25,955 nt of DNA from Nitrososphaerota archaeon. GTDB lineage: Archaea > Thermoproteota > Nitrososphaeria > Nitrososphaerales > Nitrosopumilaceae. Of this stretch, positions 1 to 9,137 are shown piece after piece. Where the stretch lies: positions 1-25,955 of the forward strand of contig JACQFM010000016.1 in the NCBI GenBank assembly GCA_016200035.1, written 5' to 3'. Both the position numbers and the translations under genes were made by a program. The notes beneath the pieces are model-generated. The model did no database searches. It saw nothing but the letters and a program-made list of their open reading frames with translations, and was not told the origin of the DNA. The stretch's first letter is position 1. Each line of letters starts with the position of its first letter.

Positions 1-1079
<1,079 letters not shown>

Positions 1080-1117
1080 TCATCTTAAAAAACTATACTA
1101 ATGAGCCTTTCTGGATT

Positions 1118-1402
1118 TTAGAGTGGTTCGCCTTTGCAAAGGACTTTTCCAGTTATCCTGCTTTGGAAATTTGGACATACAAAACACTGGACAAATCCAA
1201 CCTCGCTTTTTAGTACAGGACATTCAACGGCTTCTTCTTTCATTCTCTTTAGCATCTTTGGGCTCACACCTTTTAACTTTAGTTTGCCTTTCTCGTCCAT
1301 CAATCCAGAGGACTTGAGCTCATCTTTTATGTTATCTGGCAGCTTGTGTGGCTTTGTTGCTGTGATAATAGTTACTTCATATTTGTGTGGAAGCTCGCCC
1401 AT
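1118..1402 (-). CDS. Small hypothetical protein with a four-Cys (C-x11-C-x2-C-x12-C) putative metal site
   Basis: 94-aa ORF with ATG start, co-oriented 44 nt upstream of proS. Natural composition, with Cys clustered at the C-terminus. Confidence 0.8.
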   Translation of the reverse strand: MGELPHKYEVTIITATKPHKLPDNIKDELKSSGLMDEKGKLKLKGVSPKMLKRMKEEAVECPVLKSEVGFVQCFVCPNFQSRITGKVLCKGEPL

Positions 1403-1507
1403 GGCAGGCCTTTTAGTATCGTAGAATATATTGCTAGTGGTTTATTGTACGATTTCGATCTCTTAAGATTAATATAATCAGAATTTCTGACTCAAAACAG
1501 AAACTAA

Positions 1508-2158
1508 TTGTTAGCAATTTTTGATGTCGAGGGAGTTCTGCTTGATGCAGAATTTCTTCCGATCCTTGCTGAAAAAATAAACAAACAAGATGAGATCTGG
1601 GATATAACCAGAAAGGGAATCGAGGGTGTAATAAACTGGGAAGAAGGACTCAAAAAAAGAATTGAGACTCTGAAAGGAATTAGCTACAAGACATGCAAAG
1701 AGGTTGCAGATTCTCTTCCAATCATGACTGGAGCAAAGGAAGCATGTACTGCATTAAGAGCAGCTGGATGGAAACTGCTTGCCGTGTCTGGCGGGTTTTC
1801 CATCATGACAGAACGTCTCAAAAGGGAACTAGATTTAGACTATGTATTTTCAAATGAACTAATCTTCAAGGACGACAAGCTTGACGGCGTTAAGATATCA
1901 GTAGACTCGGACAAGGCCAAGTCAGCAATGATTAAGGTAAAGGAATGGAAGGAACAGAAGAAGGATATTGTAGTAGTTGTTGACGGCGCAAATGACATAA
2001 AATTATTCAATATATGTGGACTTGGTGTTGCATTTAGAGCACAAGATATTGTCAAAGATTTAGCTACAGCGACTCTTGAAGAAAAGGACCTATCACTACT
2101 GATTGGAATAATAAACAGGCATTACGGTACTAAGGTTCAGCTACAAACGGTTGCCTAA
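1508..2158 (+). CDS. serB: Phosphoserine phosphatase (HAD)
   Basis: HAD motif I FDVEGVL, motif II VSGGF, K in SDKAK, motif IV DGAND; SerB-like cap region. Confidence 0.9.
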   Translation: MLAIFDVEGVLLDAEFLPILAEKINKQDEIWDITRKGIEGVINWEEGLKKRIETLKGISYKTCKEVADSLPIMTGAKEACTALRAAGWKLLAVSGGFSIMTERLKRELDLDYVFSNELIFKDDKLDGVKISVDSDKAKSAMIKVKEWKEQKKDIVVVVDGANDIKLFNICGLGVAFRAQDIVKDLATATLEEKDLSLLIGIINRHYGTKVQLQTVA

Positions 2159-2199
2159 AGTCGGTATCATTTTAAATTATAACACAATAGAGTCAACAA

Positions 2200-2940
2200 A
2201 TGTCACTTGAGATTATTCCGGTAATTGTAAACAAGGATGTTGAGCCAGGAGATAACATAGTAGAACTTATCTTATCATCACCATCAAAACCAAAAATAAG
2301 AGACGGTGACGTTTTGATAGTAGCACAAAAAATTATCTCAAAACAAGAGGGAAACATCGTTAATATATCAACCATAAAACCATCACTTCTTGCTGTTGGT
2401 ATTGCAAGTGAATACGCAAAAGATCCAAGAGTCGTAGAACTAATACTTGAACAATCAAAACGTATAGTACGTCTGGGTAACGGTGTAATAATAGTTGAAA
2501 CATTAAATGGTTTTATCTGCGCTAACGCAGGCGTAGACGAGAGTAATGTTAAAGACAACTATGTTACATTGTTGCCAAAAAACCCTGATGTTTCTGCAAA
2601 AAAATTAAGAGATCAGATATTTCAGAAAACAAAAATGAATGTTGCAGTAGTAATATCTGATACATTTGGAAGGCCATTTAGAGAAGGACAGACAAACTTT
2701 GCTATAGGAATTGCTGGAGTTTCCGCACTCTTGGATTATGTAGGAACAAAGGACACCTTTGGAAAGACGCTGCATGTTACAGCAATAGCAGCTGTCGATG
2801 AACTGTGTGCTGCAGCAGAACTTGTAATGGGAAAGACATTCAATACACCAATTGCCATTGTCAGAAATTACAAGTTTAGAAGTTCCGATGATTCGATCTC
2901 AAAATTGTTTAGACCAAAATCTATGGATCTATTTAGATAA
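2200..2940 (+). CDS. cofE: Coenzyme F420-0:L-glutamate ligase
   Basis: AQKIISKQEG, ICANAGVDESN, ISDTFGRPFREG and DELCAAAELVMGK are CofE signature motifs. Confidence 0.95.
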   Translation: MSLEIIPVIVNKDVEPGDNIVELILSSPSKPKIRDGDVLIVAQKIISKQEGNIVNISTIKPSLLAVGIASEYAKDPRVVELILEQSKRIVRLGNGVIIVETLNGFICANAGVDESNVKDNYVTLLPKNPDVSAKKLRDQIFQKTKMNVAVVISDTFGRPFREGQTNFAIGIAGVSALLDYVGTKDTFGKTLHVTAIAAVDELCAAAELVMGKTFNTPIAIVRNYKFRSSDDSISKLFRPKSMDLFR

Positions 2941-3010
2941 CATAAAAAACAATTTTTAAGATACTTTGTAAAATAAAGATTATATTGTAAGCTAAGCAGT
3001 ACGAATAATC

Positions 3011-3931
3011 GTGAATCTTCTGAAGGCAGAGCTACACTGCCATAATCAATTCTCAAACTTTAATCTGGGATTTGGTGAGACACCTTATGACTGCGGTATT
3101 GAAGTGCCAGATCAATTTGACCAAGCCTACAGGGCAGGCTTGGACCTGTTGTTTATAACAAATCACAATACACTGGATGGTTATTCTGCCATGCTTGAAT
3201 ACAAGCAAGACCACGAACGATTACGAAATTTGCAGGTATATCCAGCCGAGGAGATTACAACAAACAATGGAGCACATGTTATTGCATATGGAATTTCTGA
3301 GACAATAAAGCCAGGTCTTACAGTAGAGGAAGTTGTTGATAAGATAAAAGCACAAGGAGCGGTATCAAGTGCACCACATCCTTTTGGTCTAAGTAACGGA
3401 TTACGGGAGAAAGCAATTCTTTGTGATCTAATCGAGGTTTTTAACAGCAATAACGTGGATAGATATTCAAATCTACGGGCCGCACATTTTGCCAAAGCAA
3501 ACAACAAGGTACAAGTGGCAGGAAGTGACTCTCATGTTGTTTCTACGCTGGGTAGATGTACCAACCTAATAGAATCAGAAAATAAACTAGATGATATCTT
3601 GTATGCTATGCTAAAAGGTAAGATCACAATAGAAAACACAGGATACGTTACAAGCAAAGAAATGATAGAACATGCAAAATACAAGATTGTAAATTCCAAA
3701 GATTACATTATAAATTATTTTCATCAGACTCATCCAAATCTGACTGGTCTGTGTCTACTTTTAATACGATTGTTTGAATCAAATCCAAACAGTGTCATCT
3801 GGAAGGGAGTATACAGAATTGCTGTTCATATGACATCAAAGCTTTCTAACAAAGTAAATTTCAAAAATTATGATCACACAATTTTATACGAACGCAATTT
3901 GAGAGCGTTGTTGCCCATGATTCTTCATTGA
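3011..3931 (+). CDS. PHP-domain metallophosphoesterase with C-terminal extension
   Basis: ELHCH, ITNHN, AEE, AHV, APHPF, IEVFN and GSDSH motifs of the PHP family. Confidence 0.92.
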   Translation: MNLLKAELHCHNQFSNFNLGFGETPYDCGIEVPDQFDQAYRAGLDLLFITNHNTLDGYSAMLEYKQDHERLRNLQVYPAEEITTNNGAHVIAYGISETIKPGLTVEEVVDKIKAQGAVSSAPHPFGLSNGLREKAILCDLIEVFNSNNVDRYSNLRAAHFAKANNKVQVAGSDSHVVSTLGRCTNLIESENKLDDILYAMLKGKITIENTGYVTSKEMIEHAKYKIVNSKDYIINYFHQTHPNLTGLCLLLIRLFESNPNSVIWKGVYRIAVHMTSKLSNKVNFKNYDHTILYERNLRALLPMILH

Positions 3932-3937
3932 TTAAAC

Positions 3938-3955
3938 ATTCTTGCATGCAAGAAT
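3938..3955. promoter_or_regulatory. Perfect 18-bp palindrome ATTCTTGCATGCAAGAAT
   Basis: Exact self-reverse-complement. Lies 6 nt after the PHP stop and overlaps the predicted BRE of the tusA-cysM promoter. Function inferred. Confidence 0.6.
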
Positions 3956-3999
3956 AGATTTTAATATGACATTGAGTCCGTTTTAAAATATTAGGTGAT
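3951..3999 (+). promoter_or_regulatory. BRE/TATA (AGAATAGA-TTTTAATAT) and Shine-Dalgarno (AGGTGAT, 3993-3999) of tusA-cysM
   Basis: Archaeal TATA-like box at 3959-3967. AGGTGAT is complementary to the archaeal 16S 3' tail. Confidence 0.6.
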
Positions 4000-4004
4000 T
4001 TAAT

Positions 4005-4244
4005 ATTTCAGAATTAACTCCAACTAAGACAATTGATGTGAGAGGACTGTTCTGTCCTGAACCAGTGTTTAGGACCAAAATAGAAATTGAAAGGATGACA
4101 GTAGGTAACGTGTTAAAAGTAATCGCAGATGATCCAGCTTCTGAGGAAGATATTTCAAGATGGGTCAATAGAAACGGCCACAAGCTCCTTGAACTAAAAA
4201 AGACTGACAAGGCGTTGGAGTTCACCATAAAAAAGGTGAAGTAA
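4005..4244 (+). CDS. tusA: TusA/SirA-family sulfur carrier, probable non-canonical ATT start
   Basis: TIDVRGLFCPEP (D-x-x-G-x-x-CP-x-P) and VIADDP motifs. The track start (GTG 4038) cuts the motif. The frame is closed by TGA at 3996-3998, and ATT at 4005 follows a strong SD. Confidence 0.9.
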   Translation: MSELTPTKTIDVRGLFCPEPVFRTKIEIERMTVGNVLKVIADDPASEEDISRWVNRNGHKLLELKKTDKALEFTIKKVK

Positions 4245-4247
4245 TAT

Positions 4248-5246
4248 GTGGCAACCAAGGTCGTAGGCGATATCAAGACCCTAAAGAAAATTGGGAATAC
4301 ACCACTTGTAAAACTAAACTCACTTACCTCAGCTAACGTCACAGCATATGCAAAACTTGAATCATACAACCCATTTGGGTCTGTAAAGGATAGAGCAGCC
4401 TATTGGATGATAAAAGATGGAGAAGAGCGCGGTGTTCTAAAAAAGGGCGAAAGCATAATCATAGAGCCAACTTCGGGCAATACCGGTATAGCTCTGGCAG
4501 GAATAGCAAATCTACTTGGATACAAAGTGGAAATTGTAATACCAGAAAAGGCCAGTGATGAAACAAAGAAAATAATCGAGTCTCTTGGTGCAAAATTATT
4601 TCAGACAAGTGACGATCTGTGCCCTAAAGTGGGCGCAGGAACAGACCAAAGTATAGCACTTGCAAGAGCAATATCATCAGCGCGACCAGACAAGTACTAC
4701 ATGCCAAACCAGTACGAGAATGAGGCAAACTTTATGGGTCATTACAAAGGCACAGGACCAGAGATCTGGAAACAAACTGAGGGAAAAGTAACTCATTTTT
4801 TGACAGGTGTTGGTACAGGGGGCACAATAACTGGCATCTCAGCTTATCTTAAGGAACAAAATCCATCTGTTAGAACAATAGCTGTTCAGCCACAGCAAAA
4901 TCATCTAATTCAGGGATTGCGTAATTTTGTTGAGTCAGATAAACAAGTTTTATTCAAAAAGCGGGAAAACCTAGTTGATGATTGGCTAACAATAACAAAC
5001 GATGAAGCTTTTGCGGCAGTAGTCAGGTTGTTTGAGAAAGAAAAGCTCCTTGTAGGACCATCTTCTGGCGTCGTGTATGCAGCTATGGAGAAACTTTCTC
5101 TTGATAAGGGATGTGTTGTGGGTATATTTGCAGATGATGGTCGCAAATTCAAGAGCTTATATTCACAACAAAAGGTGTTTACAGAAGAACAATTTGATAA
5201 ATCATTAAAGGAAGCGCTTTATCTGTCTGAAGTTTCCATTCTCTAG
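4248..5246 (+). CDS. cysM: PLP-dependent cysteine synthase family, CysM-like
   Basis: GNTPLV, AKLESYNPFGSVKDR (PLP Lys), PTSGNTG, GVGTGGT, QGLRN (CysM-type Arg) and VGPSSG. Confidence 0.88.
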   Translation: MATKVVGDIKTLKKIGNTPLVKLNSLTSANVTAYAKLESYNPFGSVKDRAAYWMIKDGEERGVLKKGESIIIEPTSGNTGIALAGIANLLGYKVEIVIPEKASDETKKIIESLGAKLFQTSDDLCPKVGAGTDQSIALARAISSARPDKYYMPNQYENEANFMGHYKGTGPEIWKQTEGKVTHFLTGVGTGGTITGISAYLKEQNPSVRTIAVQPQQNHLIQGLRNFVESDKQVLFKKRENLVDDWLTITNDEAFAAVVRLFEKEKLLVGPSSGVVYAAMEKLSLDKGCVVGIFADDGRKFKSLYSQQKVFTEEQFDKSLKEALYLSEVSIL

Positions 5247-6227
5247 TTACTTTTTTTTATTTTCAGAAAGATACTTGTCAACATCAATGCCTGCCATGCA
5301 TCCAAATCCAGCTGCAGTAACTGCCTGCCTATATCTGTGATCGTGTACGTCACCTGCAGCAAAAACTCCTTCCACACTCGTCTTTGTATTTTCTCTTAGT
5401 TTGATGTATCCTTGATCATCAAGCTCAACTTGACCTTTGAAGAGCTTCGTGTTCGGTTCATGCCCTATTGCCACAAAAATTGCTCCTACATCTAGGGCTT
5501 TTCTTTCGTTTGTTACCATATCCTTGATAATCACCTGATTTACTTTATCTGCCCCCTTTATCTCATCAATAACCTTGTTCCAATGAAACCTTATCTTTGG
5601 ATTCTCAAACGCTCGTTCTTGCATCACTTTGCTTGCTCTAAGCTGGTCTCTTCTGTGTACAACATGAATATTTTTGCCAAATTTTGTCAAAAAGATGGCC
5701 TCTTCCATTGCTGTGTCGCCACCTCCAGTAACCACAATCTCCTGATTTCTAAAGAATGGTCCATCGCAGGTTGCACAGTACGAGACTCCTTTGCCTCCAA
5801 ACTCGTGTTCTCCTTTTGCGCCTATTTTTCTAGGATTAGCTCCAGTGCAGATTATTACTGCTTCAGCCTCGTATTCTTCTGATGGTGTGAGCACCTTGAA
5901 GGGTTTGTGTTTGAAATCAACATTGACTACTTCATCATCAACTACTGTGGCACCCATTCTCTCTGTCTGTTTGCGCATTATTGTCATAAGTTCAGGGCCA
6001 AAAATTCCATCACTAAACCCAGGATAATTTTCAACTTCTGTTGTAAGCATAAGTTGTCCTCCTGGCAATATACCAGAAAATATCAAAGTGTCACGTTTTG
6101 CTCTAGCTGTATAAATTGCAGCAGTGTATCCGGCAGGCCCAGAACCTATTATTATTACTTCAAACCTTCGCTTTTTTTCAACAGGCTTCGCCTCTTCTTT
6201 TATCTGAGCTTGCACAGAACCATTCAT
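5247..6227 (-). CDS. trxB: Thioredoxin-disulfide reductase
   Basis: GSGPAG FAD motif, CATCDG redox pair, GGGDTAMEEA, HRRD (NADPH) and AAGDV. Confidence 0.97.
   Translation of the reverse strand: MNGSVQAQIKEEAKPVEKKRRFEVIIIGSGPAGYTAAIYTARAKRDTLIFSGILPGGQLMLTTEVENYPGFSDGIFGPELMTIMRKQTERMGATVVDDEVVNVDFKHKPFKVLTPSEEYEAEAVIICTGANPRKIGAKGEHEFGGKGVSYCATCDGPFFRNQEIVVTGGGDTAMEEAIFLTKFGKNIHVVHRRDQLRASKVMQERAFENPKIRFHWNKVIDEIKGADKVNQVIIKDMVTNERKALDVGAIFVAIGHEPNTKLFKGQVELDDQGYIKLRENTKTSVEGVFAAGDVHDHRYRQAVTAAGFGCMAGIDVDKYLSENKKK
5251..5258 (+). terminator. T8 run, putative archaeal terminator for tusA-cysM, inside the trxB 3' end
   Basis: cysM TAG (5244-5246) abuts the trxB stop (5247-5249) with zero gap. 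The T-run is antisense to the TrxB C-terminal Lys codons. Confidence 0.45.
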
Positions 6228-6245
6228 CTTTGGTATATATTTAAA

Positions 6246-7034
6246 TTATTCACGGTTTGCGACGATCGTATCAAGAAATTGTTGGTGTTTGTTACACAAC
6301 TTTCCTATCTGAATTTGTGAATACAAAAGATCAGCTTGCCAGTGAGCGTTAAAGAGTCTGCATTCTATTGATTCACAGAATGGCTCTCCTGTAAGATAAT
6401 AAATTAGTGCCTGCAACGCATATCCTTTGACAACATCAGCAAGCTTTGAATCATGATATTCAAGATATTTTCCTTTGAACTGATCTTTTATGGAGTCGAT
6501 GTTAAGACCCTGTGTCATCTTGGTGAGTAATGCCAGATAATATTCACGTGGCTTTGCAGGAGCTTCAATAATGCCAGTGGTGGAAATAATTGAGGGGTTG
6601 GAACAAATTACAGCCCTTCCATGATATCGATAATCAGTAAAATCATATGTGCAGGTAAGTTTGTTTGTAAAAGCCAAGTGAAATTTATCTGATTGTAATT
6701 CATTCTCAGGTATTAAGCTTGTAATTATTTTTTGAAATTCAAACCCATCATACATTATGATGTTAGTCTCTTTGGATTCAGTCAGCAATTCTTCTTCCAT
6801 CTTTATTTCTTCATTTGTGGGGTTGTGTTTCTCAAAGGGCCTTTTTGTATCGAAAATCCTACAAGCTGCAAGCTCGTAAGAGACAGCTCCACTTGACGGT
6901 TTGAAAAACCTGAAAACACTTTCTCTTGATTCTACCTTGACGCGAAAATTTTCTTGTATGAATTTGACAAGATCTTCTATTTTTATTTCAGGAACAGAGG
7001 GTTCATCATAAAGATAGACTGTAGAGATCTTCAA
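6246..7034 (-). CDS. Archaemetzincin-like putative metalloprotein (DUF6775-like) lacking HExxH
   Basis: 262-aa ORF. C-terminal C-x4-C...LCNKH resembles the archaemetzincin Cys-rich tail. Family label from recall, not searched. Confidence 0.65.
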   Translation of the reverse strand: MKISTVYLYDEPSVPEIKIEDLVKFIQENFRVKVESRESVFRFFKPSSGAVSYELAACRIFDTKRPFEKHNPTNEEIKMEEELLTESKETNIIMYDGFEFQKIITSLIPENELQSDKFHLAFTNKLTCTYDFTDYRYHGRAVICSNPSIISTTGIIEAPAKPREYYLALLTKMTQGLNIDSIKDQFKGKYLEYHDSKLADVVKGYALQALIYYLTGEPFCESIECRLFNAHWQADLLYSQIQIGKLCNKHQQFLDTIVANRE

Positions 7035-7064
7035 TAATCACAAAAGGAATTACTTGGATATAGT

Positions 7065-7880
7065 TTATCTTCTTAGTTCTTTTATCTTTGCCGCCGTAAT
7101 TTCAGCAGCCTTTTTACCTGAAAGAAGCATCGAACCATAAGTTGGTCCCATTCTTGCTATGCCAAAAGTTTCAGTTACAGACATACCTGCAATCACAAGA
7201 CCAGGATAAATCTCGCCTGTCTTGTGAACCACTCTGTTTTCACCATCGTCAACCCACATTGGATCCATACCCTTCCACTCAACCAACTTTCTGTCTACTA
7301 GTCTTTTTACTGCAACAGAATCATGCCCAGAAGCATCTATTACCATTTTTGATTCTAATGCAACCGGATCAACACACGTTATGTTTCTTGGTAGCGCAGA
7401 GACTGGCATCCAGTTTACAACGACCCCTCTTACTCTACCACTTTTTAGGACAAGATCATCAAATTTTGTTAGATTAAGGAATTTCACACCGGCATCACAA
7501 GCTGCTGCAATCAGTTTTGAGACTGCATGGGGACCAGGTGTAAGATAAAGCCCCTCTGAAACTTTTTTGTATGGAATTCCAAGCTCGTCCCATATCTTTT
7601 GTGCAGGAGCTCTTACAGTAACAGGATTCATCATATATCCACCAAGCCAGTAGCCACCTCCAAGATAGTTGTTTTGTTCTATGATCAAGGTCCTAAATCC
7701 CATAGAAGCAAGCTCCTTTCCTGCAGTAAGGCCTGCTGGTCCAGCACCAATAATTATTACATCAGAATCTGCTCTGTCAACTAGTACTGAGTGGAATTCA
7801 TTTGCAATGGCTCTTGTAATTTCCATCTCGCTAACATCTGCAAAAATTTTTGGTGCTTCATCAACATGTGTACTTTGCAT
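7065..7880 (-). CDS. thi4: Thi4-family thiazole synthase, Cys-type
   Basis: IIGAGPAG, LGGGYWLGG, TCVDP, DASGHD, GMSV and RMGPTYGSMLLSGKKAA. Confidence 0.95.
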   Translation of the reverse strand: MQSTHVDEAPKIFADVSEMEITRAIANEFHSVLVDRADSDVIIIGAGPAGLTAGKELASMGFRTLIIEQNNYLGGGYWLGGYMMNPVTVRAPAQKIWDELGIPYKKVSEGLYLTPGPHAVSKLIAAACDAGVKFLNLTKFDDLVLKSGRVRGVVVNWMPVSALPRNITCVDPVALESKMVIDASGHDSVAVKRLVDRKLVEWKGMDPMWVDDGENRVVHKTGEIYPGLVIAGMSVTETFGIARMGPTYGSMLLSGKKAAEITAAKIKELRR

Positions 7881-7917
7881 AGAAATTCATCCGCTGTCTA
7901 TTACATTAATAGTTTGC

Positions 7918-8961
7918 TTAGCTAACAAACTCTTCTTCAAAGGATTTGATGGAATCTCTGATCTTCATCTTCTTTAGCGGACTTTTGAAAGCATACGCAG
8001 AAATTATTTCGGATTTTGTCAAGTCATTTTTAGATATTGCCATCCTGGCAGCTCTGATAGAATCAACTATTACATTACAACCATTGGTACTATCATCGGT
8101 CCTCAGGGAGAGGTCCATCTCAATATTAGAACCCAAAAAGCCTTTTGCTTCCATCCAATAATAACTAACTCTAGAACTTCCAAGTTGTTCTGCATATTCA
8201 GTTGTTCCAGCAGTTGACCTAAACATGTATGGTGCCTCAACCGATATAGATTCTGTTTTTATCTTACGTTTTTTTTCTCTAAGCTCTTCGGCCATTGTGT
8301 TTTGTGTATCTGCATTTCCTCCTACGTCAAGCTGATATGCTTTTTGGATCTTGATTCCTCGATTTGTCATAAACTCTATCATTCCACGATGAAAGGCTGT
8401 TCCACCAAATTGACTCATCAGGTCATCTCCCAAGATCATTAATCCCTTAGACTCAAAAGTCGATTTTATTTGCGGATTTATGATCTTGGATGATGTTGCA
8501 TTAAAAAACGAACAACCCGCTTCTAGAGCTGCTTTTGAATACATCTCTCCACTTCTATCCATTCCAGAAGATATTAGACTTAGAAGAAAATCAGGCTTGA
8601 TCCTCTTCAATGAATTTACAAATTCATTATATTTTACCGATTTTAGCTGGCCATGATTTAAAACATGACTAGGCCTTGGATCTTCGGCAATACCTGGCTG
8701 TACGGTCAAGTCACCAAAACCGCCATTGGGTTCCGTTACGAGTTCTTTAATTTTCTTACCAACTTTGACAGAGTCTACATCAAAAACACCAACCAAATTA
8801 ATGTCATTTATTGTAAAACCGCCAACTCTTGGATGCCACAGGCCATCATTGGAATTTTTATAAAATTGAAACCCTTTGATCAGCGTACTTGCGACATTTC
8901 CCATACCAGCTATTGCAATGGTAATTTTATCTGGCATGTTTTTTTTCTTGTCAGTGATCAT
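7918..8961 (-). CDS. ino1: myo-inositol-1-phosphate synthase family protein (divergent)
   Basis: GMGNVAS Rossmann motif, FDVD..KVG, GDDLMSQFGGT, YQLDVGGN, DS.N...IVD.IRAA and FKSP. Alternative start at MPDK (8937). Confidence 0.8.
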   Translation of the reverse strand: MITDKKKNMPDKITIAIAGMGNVASTLIKGFQFYKNSNDGLWHPRVGGFTINDINLVGVFDVDSVKVGKKIKELVTEPNGGFGDLTVQPGIAEDPRPSHVLNHGQLKSVKYNEFVNSLKRIKPDFLLSLISSGMDRSGEMYSKAALEAGCSFFNATSSKIINPQIKSTFESKGLMILGDDLMSQFGGTAFHRGMIEFMTNRGIKIQKAYQLDVGGNADTQNTMAEELREKKRKIKTESISVEAPYMFRSTAGTTEYAEQLGSSRVSYYWMEAKGFLGSNIEMDLSLRTDDSTNGCNVIVDSIRAARMAISKNDLTKSEIISAYAFKSPLKKMKIRDSIKSFEEEFVS

Positions 8962-8981
8962 TTAACTCTTTTCTGAGTTAA
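8962..8981. promoter_or_regulatory. 7-bp inverted repeat TTAACTC-N6-GAGTTAA abutting the ino1 start
   Basis: Arms at 8962-8968 and 8975-8981 are exact reverse complements. Confidence 0.35.
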
Positions 8982-9027
8982 TCTAATTAGCTGAAACTAA
9001 ATGATTTGAAATATAATTTTGTCAAAA

Positions 9028-9063
9028 ATGAACAAAAGTTTGCAAAGGAACAGATTTGTTCAT
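9028..9063. promoter_or_regulatory. 9-bp inverted repeat ATGAACAAA-N18-TTTGTTCAT upstream of the sulfite reductase promoter
   Basis: Arms at 9028-9036 and 9055-9063 are exact. The spacer contains the palindrome TTTGCAAA. Confidence 0.4.
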
Positions 9064-9097
9064 CTTTATCATTACATTTAGCTAAAATTCCCCTATT

Positions 9098-9110
9098 CAA
9101 AAATTTATAT
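9098..9110 (+). promoter_or_regulatory. BRE/TATA (CAAAAA-TTTATAT) of the sulfite reductase-rhodanese operon
   Basis: Consensus archaeal TATA about 28 nt upstream of TTG 9138, consistent with a near-leaderless transcript. Confidence 0.6.
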
Positions 9111-9137
9111 GCCTTCCGACGCGAGATTACGCGTAAG

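Noticed and set aside
3966-3986. Mini-ORF MTLSPF as a leader peptide for tusA
   Set aside because: It begins inside the TATA box, upstream of the expected transcription start.
7881-7917. TPP riboswitch upstream of thi4
   Set aside because: Only 37 nt of intergenic space, and no CUGAGA aptamer core.
9006-9137. 44-aa N-terminal extension of the sulfite reductase in the ORF track (likewise the extensions at 21351-21518 and 19957-20049)
   Set aside because: They span TATA/BRE-containing AT-rich DNA and lack family similarity. Downstream starts fit better.
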